DNA of 64,000 bases. It comes from a virus. This document shows positions 1-8,641 of the stretch, one piece after another. The DNA is taken from IMG/VR virus record IMGVR_UViG_3300027708_001637, one strand, 5' to 3'. The stretch's first letter is position 1. The number at the start of each line of letters is the position of its first letter. The notes under the pieces were generated by a model. That model made no database searches, was not told the origin of the DNA, and was given only the letters and a program-made list of their open reading frames with translations. Made by a program: the position numbers and the translations under genes.

Positions 1-1
1 G

Positions 2-2308
2 AGCAGTATTCTTACCCCAGTTATTCAACGATGTTGCATCTGCTGGCAAGCGGAATGGTGCATCTCCAACAACCAATGCTAACTGTCCAATATCACTGTT
101 TAAATTAATCATGTTAGTGATCAATTCGGTGTAACCCGGAGTTGCGATTAAGTTGTAGTTTAAAGTATCTGTATCACGAATTGCTTGGCTTGTAGATACC
201 AATGCCTTCAACGCTTCAACAACCACAGCACGTTGTGCCATACGACCAAATGCACTACCACTTTCAGTCACCCAACGATCTGCAAAATAGTGTGTAGTAG
301 ATTCGTTAGAAGCATCACTTGGATAACGTGGGTTTACTGTGCTAAAGTTAGTAGGAATAAAGTTAGAGTAATATCTCTTAACATTGTTACCACTACGACG
401 AGTATTGAATAAACGTGTTCCTTTTGGATATAACAACGGATCTGGACAATCTGGATCAACAAAGTTACTTGTTAACATTGAACTGATTGGTGTCAACACT
501 TCCATATTAGTTGTACTTGTGTTGCTCCAACGTGCATCTGCAAAAACCCATCCATTAGGACTGTAATTGTCATTGACGTCTTGCATTACCCACTTTTGTC
601 CAACAGCATTTGTACTATTGTAAACATAGATATTTTGTCCATACATATCTGGAACACTGGTGTCAACCCAAATATCGCCAGTAACCAATGCTGAGCCTTG
701 GCTATTAACTGTAGGAGCAGTTGCACTGATTAACGGACCATTTGGATCACTAGCAGTGAATGCGCCTGAATTTCTATAACCAACCCACTTAGTTCCATCA
801 TTATACATGATGTCAACTGCGGAAATGTTATTGTCAAACCATAGTTTTCCATCTGCTGGAGCAGCACTAGGTGCGTAAGATAAAGCAGTATAAGCCAATG
901 GGGCCCAATTGCTGACTAAAAATACTGTAGCTGGACTTCCAACGAATGACAAATGATCGCCTGCTGGTGCAGGATATACATTGGCCTTGGTAGCACTAAT
1001 GCCAGCAGCAGTCAAGTATGCGCCGGACTGATCATCAGTAATTTCAAAATCGCCACCCAATGCGTGTGTAATAGTTAGAACGCTAGTTCCGGCATTCCAA
1101 ACAGCGTGTAAATTACCAGCACTAATACTATTATTTAATGCTGTAGTAATTTGGGATCCAATTGGTGTTGCGCTTGCTGCCATGGACAGTGTAGTAACAC
1201 TTGTCCAAGTTCCATTAGCAGCGGTTTGTCTAACAAAAATATTACCACTGCTGCCCAATGTTGTTCCTGCACTTACAGTAAGTGTAGTTGGAGAACTTGC
1301 ATTACGTTTCCATAATTTAAATGATGCGCTGGCCTTACCTAATGCTGTTAGATTATTATAATCATATTCAACAAAAACAGTACCTACTGGAATATTTACA
1401 CCGCCTCCAACAGAATCTAGACTGTTAATAGCAGATTGTGTGCTGCCAAATAATGGAGCATTGACAGTTTTCCAAGCAGCAGTAGCAGCATTAAACTGTT
1501 TTACATCCCAGTTAGCACCTTGACCAGGAACATTAGTTTTGACCCAAACACTTCCAGTTGCAGTGTTTGCTGTAAATGGCGGGTATTGATAGTTGGGGCT
1601 CAAATAAACAGATTTACCTAATGTATCAAATGTATTTGTAACTGTAGTCCAGCTACTTGTAGTTTTATACCATAATTGATTAGTATTTGCACTAGTTAAT
1701 ACCATTGCATAACTACCAATAGAACCAAAACCTGTATTTGGGGTATATGTTATGTTTCCAAAATAGTCAGGGCTGGATACAGTTGCATTAGTAGCAGTGG
1801 TACTATCGTCAATAATGTTTACTGATTTTACAGTAAATGAATTGGTTGTTGTAGACCATTCGTTAACACCAAATGTGCTATCAGATGTGTCAATCCAAAT
1901 ACTGCCGTCAGCAGGTGTACTACTTGGCGGATTAGCAGATCCAGCTAATGCACCTAAGTCAACATCTGCACGAACAACATATGCTTGGCTACTTGCACCC
2001 AATACACTATATGCAGATTGTAAACCGTACTCGCTAAGTTCACTAGCGTTTACTGGATTATTACTACTGTCTGTTTGGAAATACGGTGTGCCAAAAGTGT
2101 CAGTTAGATCACGTTGACTTGTGATGACCCAAACTGTGCCTGCATTGGCTTTAGTGGTTCCTTGAGCAATACCAGTTGCACTGGCATTGGACTTATTTTC
2201 GGCAGTTGCTACGAAAATTAACGGAACGGTTCCTGGCGCAGCTGGTGTATAGAAACTTTGATCTATAACGGATACGTTTACGCCCGGGGATGATAATGAT
2301 TGTGCCAT
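2..2308 (-). CDS. gp18: Contractile tail sheath protein (T4 gp18-like), truncated at window start
   Basis: Absent from the ORF track because it runs off the window. Manual translation from ATG at 2308 gives MAQSLSSPGVNVSVIDQSFYTPAAPGTVPLIFVATAENK...TSQRDLTDTFGTP...ELSEYGLQSAYSVLG...AYVVRADVDL, the typical myovirus sheath N-terminus. GGAG SD and TAAATA lie upstream. Confidence 0.9.
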   Translation of the reverse strand, partial: MAQSLSSPGVNVSVIDQSFYTPAAPGTVPLIFVATAENKSNASATGIAQGTTKANAGTVWVITSQRDLTDTFGTPYFQTDSSNNPVNASELSEYGLQSAYSVLGASSQAYVVRADVDLGALAGSANPPSSTPADGSIWIDTSDSTFGVNEWSTTTNSFTVKSVNIIDDSTTATNATVSSPDYFGNITYTPNTGFGSIGSYAMVLTSANTNQLWYKTTSSWTTVTNTFDTLGKSVYLSPNYQYPPFTANTATGSVWVKTNVPGQGANWDVKQFNAATAAWKTVNAPLFGSTQSAINSLDSVGGGVNIPVGTVFVEYDYNNLTALGKASASFKLWKRNASSPTTLTVSAGTTLGSSGNIFVRQTAANGTWTSVTTLSMAASATPIGSQITTALNNSISAGNLHAVWNAGTSVLTITHALGGDFEITDDQSGAYLTAAGISATKANVYPAPAGDHLSFVGSPATVFLVSNWAPLAYTALSYAPSAAPADGKLWFDNNISAVDIMYNDGTKWVGYRNSGAFTASDPNGPLISATAPTVNSQGSALVTGDIWVDTSVPDMYGQNIYVYNSTNAVGQKWVMQDVNDNYSPNGWVFADARWSNTSTTNMEVLTPISSMLTSNFVDPDCPDPLLYPKGTRLFNTRRSGNNVKRYYSNFIPTNFSTVNPRYPSDASNESTTHYFADRWVTESGSAFGRMAQRAVVVEALKALVSTSQAIRDTDTLNYNLIATPGYTELITNMINLNSDIGQLALVVGDAPFRLPADATSLNNWGKNTA

Positions 2309-2407
2309 CTTACAAAACTCCTTAATGGATTACTTTGTTTTATTTAGCACCAAACTTAAAAAAACTATGGTAAATATCTTGTGGAAAAGGCGCTATAAAG
2401 GGCGGAT

Positions 2408-2743
2408 ATGAGAAAGTTATGTAAGAAATGCAGTGATAAGCCAGTGGCAATCAACTATCATAAAGATGGTAAAACTTTCTACAGGTCTATGTGTGACCAC
2501 TGTGCCAAAGGGAGAAAACAGTCTCGTCCATTGTGGGCGCTGGCCGGATACAGAAAAAAATTACTTTGCGAAAAGTGTAATTATACTTCTCCGCATAGTG
2601 AACAGTTTAATGTGTTTTATATCGACGGTAATTTAACTAACAATAGATACACTAATCTAAAAACTGTATGCGCCAACTGTCAACGCATACTACATAAAGA
2701 GGGCATCAAGTGGCGACAGGGAGATTTAATTCCGGATTTGTGA
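2408..2743 (+). CDS. Zn-finger / HNH-endonuclease-like protein with apparently degenerate active site
   Basis: Four CxxC pairs (CKKC, CDHC, CEKC, CANC) and an HNH-like core VFYIDGNLTNNRYTNLKTVCANCQ. Confidence 0.7.
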   Translation: MRKLCKKCSDKPVAINYHKDGKTFYRSMCDHCAKGRKQSRPLWALAGYRKKLLCEKCNYTSPHSEQFNVFYIDGNLTNNRYTNLKTVCANCQRILHKEGIKWRQGDLIPDL

Positions 2744-3368
2744 CAAGCAGGCCCAACTGTTCAAACAGAGCATCAATGGTGGTGTCATTTGAAACCACAC
2801 TGTCAAATTTGCTGCCAACCCAGGAGTACTCACTTGCGTGTATCTTCATAGTTTCCAATTTCATTTTACTTAGAGACCAAGTAGAGTTGCCATCAGGGCC
2901 GTGATTGAAAGAAATAGCAGCGTCATACCATTCAGGATCTGGACCACGCTTTACACGAATAACTTGTCCACCTGCATTATGTATTGCTTTGATTTCGTTA
3001 GGAAAACGCACATCACTGATCACAATATTATCCCCAGTCTTACGCATTTTGTTTTCTAGACTAGCGATCCAAATATCGTCGTGGAATCCGTGTCTGCATA
3101 CCTCTGTGCCCCAGTATTGTAAAATCCAACGAGGAGTAAGGTTGGGTTTATTTAAACGCTCTGCCCACCAAGGATCTACTTGTTCGCGCCATTCACGGGC
3201 TTCTTTTGTTCGACCTTCTAACAGTGTTCTGTCCCACCCAAACACACAAGCCACTGCATCTTTAAGTGTGTTGGCAAAACTGTCTCGTCTAAATCCGTGA
3301 TAGTTAACAAGGTAGTCTGCGGCTGTATCTTTACCAGCGCCTATTAATCCGACGAAACCAATAATCAT
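2706..3368 (-). CDS. gp1: Deoxynucleoside monophosphate kinase (T4 gp1-like)
   Basis: P-loop GLIGAGKDT, plus LQYWGTEVCR and VISDVRFPNE motifs typical of phage dNMP kinases. Confidence 0.9.
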   Translation of the reverse strand: MIIGFVGLIGAGKDTAADYLVNYHGFRRDSFANTLKDAVACVFGWDRTLLEGRTKEAREWREQVDPWWAERLNKPNLTPRWILQYWGTEVCRHGFHDDIWIASLENKMRKTGDNIVISDVRFPNEIKAIHNAGGQVIRVKRGPDPEWYDAAISFNHGPDGNSTWSLSKMKLETMKIHASEYSWVGSKFDSVVSNDTTIDALFEQLGLLVTNPELNLPVAT

Positions 3369-3389
3369 AAGTATCTCCAGTGATACATA

Positions 3390-3418
3390 AGTTTATAACA
3401 GTTTTATTACAAGGTCAA
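3390..3418 (-). promoter_or_regulatory. sigma70-like promoter for the dNMP kinase gene
   Basis: The minus strand reads TTGACC-N17-TAAACT, followed by GGAG SD and ATG at 3368. Confidence 0.55.
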
Positions 3419-3426
3419 TGATTATT

Positions 3427-4185
3427 TTAGCCAGTTACCCAAGTAAGTGGTTGACTGCCTTCTTTGTAGTTGATTAGATCTAACTCAAGTTGATCCATTT
3501 CTGCTTTGGCTTCTGCCTTAAGTGTGGCACCATTTAACCCTGATCCGCCTTGTGGACTAGAAATAGTAGGAAATTTTTCACGTGCCTGGCCTAGCATCAT
3601 TTTGGCATTGGCTAGTGAATAGTCTTTTAACCACTGGCCAGCATATACATCTTGCAGCAAATTAAAATCTGGGCGATAATTGTACATCCAAACTAGTAAT
3701 TCTTCACTAGTCTGTGCACGTTGTTGTATTGTTAACATTTTGGTAGTGGGATTAAAAGTAAAATTAATGTCACTACCAAACATTTTACCCACTTGCTTTT
3801 GATATGATGCAAATGAATAGTATGTGGCCAAGCCGCCCATATTAGTACTTGCTAACAAATAAGTATTAGAATATGCTAAATTGAACGGTTCAAATAAACT
3901 GCCACCATCTCCTCCGCCACTTCTACTTCCAATGCTACGTCTAAACAACTGTCGTACGCTCATTACTTCTTTGGGCAGTTGATATTCATTAACATCTGTC
4001 GTTAATGTTAAAAAGCCCATACTTTCCTCTACAGCATTACTGCTACGTTGACGGTATTTAGACAATGCTTTATCAATAGCAATAGTATAATCTCGGGGAT
4101 CTAGTTCCACATCAACCATACTTCCGCCTAGGAAAGCATTGATGTATTCTACGATTTGTTCACGGGCTTGTATAGTTTCTTCCAT
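3427..4185 (-). CDS. gp13: Neck protein (T4 gp13-like head-tail adaptor)
   Basis: LGGSMVDVELD...IDKALSKYRQ and WLKDYSLANAKMMLGQAREKF...GGSGLNG motifs; position among neck and tail genes. Confidence 0.8.
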   Translation of the reverse strand: MEETIQAREQIVEYINAFLGGSMVDVELDPRDYTIAIDKALSKYRQRSSNAVEESMGFLTLTTDVNEYQLPKEVMSVRQLFRRSIGSRSGGGDGGSLFEPFNLAYSNTYLLASTNMGGLATYYSFASYQKQVGKMFGSDINFTFNPTTKMLTIQQRAQTSEELLVWMYNYRPDFNLLQDVYAGQWLKDYSLANAKMMLGQAREKFPTISSPQGGSGLNGATLKAEAKAEMDQLELDLINYKEGSQPLTWVTG

Positions 4186-4190
4186 ACAAA

Positions 4191-4227
4191 TATTTAGCCA
4201 ATTACTACAACCACAGTGGGCTAAATA
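4191..4227. promoter_or_regulatory. Back-to-back TAAATA late-type promoters (divergent gp13/gp14)
   Basis: Inverted repeat TATTTAGCC (4191-4199) ... GGCTAAATA (4219-4227). Each TAAATA is exactly 5 nt from an ATG. Confidence 0.75.
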
Positions 4228-4232
4228 TACGT

Positions 4233-5438
4233 ATGACCAGGCTCAGTTTATACCGCCCCGAAAAAGGCAAAGATTTTAAATTCATCGATCGTGTAGTTAA
4301 CGAACGCTTTCAAGTGGGTGGCGTGGATGTATATATCCACAAATACCTAGGCCCAGTTGATCCTGCAACTGGCACTGCTACACCCACTACCCCCACAAAT
4401 GCCAATCCCATTAAAGAATTAGGCATTCAAGATGTATTGTTTATGGAAACTAGGGATCGCAATTATGATCCGGATGTATATGTACTCCGTGGCATTTATA
4501 CAATGCAAGATTTAGATTTTAATCTAAGTCAATTTGGCCTGTTCCTACAGAATGATACTATAATGATGCACTTTCATCTTAGTACCAGTGTTGATGCATT
4601 AAGTCGTAAAATTATGGCCGGTGACGTCATAGAATTGCCTCATTTAAAAGACGAATATGCAATGGATGACAACTATGTAGCGTTGAAACGTTTTTACGTT
4701 GTCCAAGATGTAAGTCGTCCTACAGCAGGTTTTAGTCAAACTTGGTATCCGCATTTATTAAAAGCCAAATGCGTACCATTAGTTGACAGTCAAGAATTTA
4801 AACAAATATTGGATCAAGACAGCGGTAATGGCGATGGCAGTAGCCTACGTGATTTGCTATCTACATACAATAAGAGTATTGAAATCAATGATCAGATTAT
4901 TGAACAGGCCATGGCAGATGCGCCTGTTAGCGGGTATAATACTAGAAGTTTTTATGTTATACCAACTCGTGATAATGGCTTGATCGACGTTGCTGATACT
5001 AGTGATATTTGGAGTGATGCCAGCATCGACCAGTCAATATTAGATGCCAGCGCAGTTTTACGTAGTCCCAAAGGAACGTTATATCTAGGATATAACACAG
5101 GTAATGGAATTCCACCAAACGGTGCACCATTTACACAAGGATTAGAATTTCCACACAGTCCTGCAAACGGGGCATTTTGTTTAAGAACTGATTATATTCC
5201 TAACAATTTATACAGATATAATGGCAAAGTTTGGTCCTTGTATTCTACCAAAGTTCAAATGACATTGAACGAGTTTGGCTATGAAGATGTTGCCAGCGGC
5301 GTGTTTGCTGGCCAAGATGTACGTTTGACCGAAAAGACTGGATTTATTAATAACAATAATACCACTACAGTACACGGAAGCATTGTACCAGAACGCCAAG
5401 CATTAAGCAAGGCATTAAAGCCAGTAGCAGATAATTAA
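4233..5438 (+). CDS. gp14: Neck/head-closure protein (T4 gp14-like) with C-terminal extension
   Basis: Motifs DVLFMETRDRNYD, LSQFGLFLQNDTIMMHFH, and GDVIELPHL...FYVVQDV. Confidence 0.75.
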   Translation: MTRLSLYRPEKGKDFKFIDRVVNERFQVGGVDVYIHKYLGPVDPATGTATPTTPTNANPIKELGIQDVLFMETRDRNYDPDVYVLRGIYTMQDLDFNLSQFGLFLQNDTIMMHFHLSTSVDALSRKIMAGDVIELPHLKDEYAMDDNYVALKRFYVVQDVSRPTAGFSQTWYPHLLKAKCVPLVDSQEFKQILDQDSGNGDGSSLRDLLSTYNKSIEINDQIIEQAMADAPVSGYNTRSFYVIPTRDNGLIDVADTSDIWSDASIDQSILDASAVLRSPKGTLYLGYNTGNGIPPNGAPFTQGLEFPHSPANGAFCLRTDYIPNNLYRYNGKVWSLYSTKVQMTLNEFGYEDVASGVFAGQDVRLTEKTGFINNNNTTTVHGSIVPERQALSKALKPVADN

Positions 5439-5449
5439 AGGGGCATATC

Positions 5450-6811
5450 ATCGATCATTTTTATGACGGTCAAGTACGCAGATATTTGACACAATTTATA
5501 AGAGTAATGAGCAACTTTGCTTATAAAGATGCTACGGGCAAACTTGTTCAGATCCCAGTTATGTATGGCGATCCTAGTCGCCAGTCTGCCAGTGTTTTGA
5601 AAAAGAATACAGAAAATACTATACCCAGTGCTCCATTTATTGCTTGCTATATAAAAGGGCTGGAGTATGATCAAACTAGATTACAAGATCCAACCTTTGT
5701 AAGTAAGGTGCAAGTTCGTGAACGTGCTATTGATGATACAACAGGCGAGTATATAACAACTCAAGGTCAAGGTTTTATGGTTGAGCGTATTATGCCAAGT
5801 CCGTACAAACTGACATTTGCTGCCGACATATGGACCACTAACACAGATCAAAAATTACAAATATTTGAACAAATTGCTTATTTGTTTAATCCTAGTTTGG
5901 AATTACAAACTAGCAATAATTATTTAGATTGGACCAGTTTGACTGTATTGCAACTAAAAAGTAATGTATGGACCAGTAGACAAATTCCGCAAGGCGTTGA
6001 ACAGAATATAGATATTTTGAATATGACGTTTGAAACTCCTATTTGGATTACTCCTCCTGCAAAAGTTAAACGATTAGGAATCATTACTAAAATTATTGCC
6101 AATGCATTCATTGATTCGCCAGGCACTATTAATTTAGACTACAACGATAACCTTGCCGTATATCCATCCTTAGGAGATCCCTTGTTTAAAACAGTAGTCA
6201 CTCCTGGTAATTTTGAATTGTTAGTATTAAACAATACCGCAGGCCTAATGGTAAATGATGCCAGTATTGCAGAAAATCTAACCGCAGTTAAGACTAATGG
6301 CATATCTTGGCATAAATTATTAGATTTATATCCAGGACAATTTAGAGCAAATCTAAGTCAATTAAGATTAACTACACCAACTGGTAATCAAATTGTGGCG
6401 TATATTAATTTAGATCCAGTTGATGATTCAAAGATGATACTGCATTTTGACGTGGATACTATACCGCACAGTACAATATCAATCAATGCCATTATCAATC
6501 CTGAAACATTTAAACCAGTTAATCCAGTTACAGGGGTAAAATATCTTATCTTAGAACCAATTAATTCAGTTACAAACGTTGGCCCTGCTGCTTGGTTTAA
6601 TAGCGATGCGTCTGGATTTAGTGCTAATGCTAACGATATTATTCAATGGACTGGTACAAATTGGGAAATTATATTCGATTCTACTGCACCACAAGATATA
6701 ACTTATATAACTAACTTATATACAGGTATACAATACAAGTGGCAAAACGGTGAGTGGAGTAAGAGTTTTGAAGGAATATACTCAAAAGAGTCCTGGTCGC
6801 TTGTGCTATAA
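5450..6811 (+). CDS. gp15: Tail sheath stabiliser / tail terminator (T4 gp15-like), probably starting at ATC 5450 rather than TTG 5486
   Basis: The frame is open from 5435 and reads I-DHFYDGQVRRYLTQFIR...IPVMYGDPSRQ...PSPYKLTFAADIW...QIFEQI..LFNP, typical of gp15-like proteins. AAGGGG SD at 5438-5443; no ATG in frame before TTG 5486. Confidence 0.8.
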   Translation: MDHFYDGQVRRYLTQFIRVMSNFAYKDATGKLVQIPVMYGDPSRQSASVLKKNTENTIPSAPFIACYIKGLEYDQTRLQDPTFVSKVQVRERAIDDTTGEYITTQGQGFMVERIMPSPYKLTFAADIWTTNTDQKLQIFEQIAYLFNPSLELQTSNNYLDWTSLTVLQLKSNVWTSRQIPQGVEQNIDILNMTFETPIWITPPAKVKRLGIITKIIANAFIDSPGTINLDYNDNLAVYPSLGDPLFKTVVTPGNFELLVLNNTAGLMVNDASIAENLTAVKTNGISWHKLLDLYPGQFRANLSQLRLTTPTGNQIVAYINLDPVDDSKMILHFDVDTIPHSTISINAIINPETFKPVNPVTGVKYLILEPINSVTNVGPAAWFNSDASGFSANANDIIQWTGTNWEIIFDSTAPQDITYITNLYTGIQYKWQNGEWSKSFEGIYSKESWSLVL

Positions 6812-6818
6812 TTAATTA

Positions 6819-7256
6819 ATGGACAATAAATTAAATCAAATTGTGTGCAGTGGTGGGATATTTTTAGCCCGAGATACTAAACGATTTTTATTCTTACTAC
6901 GCACCCAAGGCAAAACTGCCAACACCTGGGGTCTAGTTGGTGGTAAGAAAGAGCCTACAGACACTACTGCTTACGAAGCACTTGATAGAGAAATTTCTGA
7001 AGAAGTCGGGAAGACTCCACCTATCAAGAAAGTAATTCCTTTAGAATTGTTTACCAGCAATGATCAAAATTTCCAATACAACACCTATGTATTGATAGTA
7101 GATAAGGAATTTATTCCTACACTAAATGAAGAGCATAGCGGTTATGCTTGGTGTAGTTTTGATCTATGGCCTAAACCATTGCATCAAGGTGTTAAGAACA
7201 GCTTCAACAATAAGGCAGTTAGAGCTAAGTTGGAATTGTTGTTAGAATTAATCTAA
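6819..7256 (+). CDS. Nudix hydrolase
   Basis: Nudix box GGKKEPTDTTAYEALDREISEEVG. Confidence 0.9.
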   Translation: MDNKLNQIVCSGGIFLARDTKRFLFLLRTQGKTANTWGLVGGKKEPTDTTAYEALDREISEEVGKTPPIKKVIPLELFTSNDQNFQYNTYVLIVDKEFIPTLNEEHSGYAWCSFDLWPKPLHQGVKNSFNNKAVRAKLELLLELI

Positions 7257-7454
7257 TCTACCCCATTTAATTCTGTTCCATATTCTCTCGTGGAACCAAT
7301 ATAAAATACTATTAGCAAATAGCTGAGTTATTGCAATTCCAGAACTTAAGAATAATTGTCCGGTAGTTAAGTATACAATTAAAAAAGTTGAACCGCTACC
7401 GGTTATTCGCCAAGTAACGGTTTTAACTATACTTCGAATGTTTGTGTCACTCAA
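7248..7454 (-). CDS. DUF2061-like small membrane protein
   Basis: RSIVKTVTWRI...YWFHERIWNRIKWG signature with two hydrophobic helices. Confidence 0.8.
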   Translation of the reverse strand: MSDTNIRSIVKTVTWRITGSGSTFLIVYLTTGQLFLSSGIAITQLFANSILYWFHERIWNRIKWGRLD

Positions 7455-8304
7455 GACCTAAACTCTTTCTAATCTTAGTAGCAGAAATATCGGTAATGCT
7501 TTCATCAAATGTTTCTTCCCCGTGAGTATATCCTACACCACGACCCCAGCCAATGTGTACAATATTAGGTACAACTTGTATTTCGTATTGACCTTGAAAC
7601 AACGGATCTAAATCACGTTTAATAAAGCCCCTAACTTGATCAATGGCAAATGGATTAGAACCCTGCCATCCCTGTACATCGCGTACTTGAATGACAACTT
7701 GGCCAGTCTTTGCAATCAATCTTTCAAATAATGCACGATGTCCGGCGTGCCAAGGTTGCCAACGTCCCAGCATCTGTACAGTTTCTTTCTGCCAATCAAA
7801 TTTAGGGCGGTGGCGGTTTTCTAAAATATGTGAACCAATAAACTCGGCCCATTTTTCTGCATTTTGCTCAGTGACTCGGAAGTCGTAAATAGAGGGAGGG
7901 ATAAATGCTTTATTAGTATCATCAAACCGCCCAGACTCAATAGTGTCTACCCAAATAGTCCAGTCTGCTTTGAAGTTATTACGCATTTCTACCAAAGGTG
8001 CAACAAAATCACAAATGACATAATCACCTGATGAATTTAATGCAAAGTCTGCCATTCGTAAACTTTGACGAATTCGGCCTTCTTTACTAAAATCCCAATC
8101 ATTATAACGCTTTCTAATTTCATCAGCATTGAACCAATCTACTCGAACACGAAAATCTGAATTTGAGGGAATGCCCTCGTTATTCATTAATCTGCCTGGA
8201 TTGATCTTAAACAGATCACCGTGTGTTTCTAAGTATTTTTTTAATGCTGTTGCTAGATAAGTTTTACCCGAGCCAGGGAGGCCCATGATTAGAATTTTTT
8301 GCAT
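7447..8304 (-). CDS. cysC: Adenylylsulfate (APS) kinase fused to a C-terminal HxGH nucleotidyltransferase (cytidylyltransferase-like) domain
   Basis: N-terminal half has GLPGSGKT, FNADEIRK..DWDFSKEGRIRQ, DFVAP and FIPP (CysC-like). C-terminal half has MLGRWQPWHAGH. Confidence 0.8.
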   Translation of the reverse strand: MQKILIMGLPGSGKTYLATALKKYLETHGDLFKINPGRLMNNEGIPSNSDFRVRVDWFNADEIRKRYNDWDFSKEGRIRQSLRMADFALNSSGDYVICDFVAPLVEMRNNFKADWTIWVDTIESGRFDDTNKAFIPPSIYDFRVTEQNAEKWAEFIGSHILENRHRPKFDWQKETVQMLGRWQPWHAGHRALFERLIAKTGQVVIQVRDVQGWQGSNPFAIDQVRGFIKRDLDPLFQGQYEIQVVPNIVHIGWGRGVGYTHGEETFDESITDISATKIRKSLGLE

Positions 8305-8310
8305 CAGTTA

Positions 8311-8607
8311 TTACCCGCCTAAAATTTCAGTAAGTCTTGCCATTAGGTCTTCATTGCGCCAGGTGTCACGAACTGCATCGTAATCCGCGCCTTCCCATAC
8401 TGTTACCCCACGCCCGCCTGATCCACGAGTTTCTGTGCGGCCATCTGGAAAAGTTTCGGTAGTAAATGGACCGAGGTCAATTTCTACTTGCACGCGGCGT
8501 TGTTGAACGTTTTCTTGAATTTGGCGAATAACAAATTCATTTGTTACTTTTCGTTCTGCAAGAACAATTTCGTTGTCCAATGTTAATGTATCTACAATAG
8601 TTGTCAT
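8311..8607 (-). CDS. Hypothetical protein (98 aa)
   Basis: Clean ORF with AAGGAG SD and TAAATA at 8639-8644. Confidence 0.7.
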   Translation of the reverse strand: MTTIVDTLTLDNEIVLAERKVTNEFVIRQIQENVQQRRVQVEIDLGPFTTETFPDGRTETRGSGGRGVTVWEGADYDAVRDTWRNEDLMARLTEILGG

Positions 8608-8641
8608 ATTATCTCCTTAAGAATGACGATTTCAGTAATAT

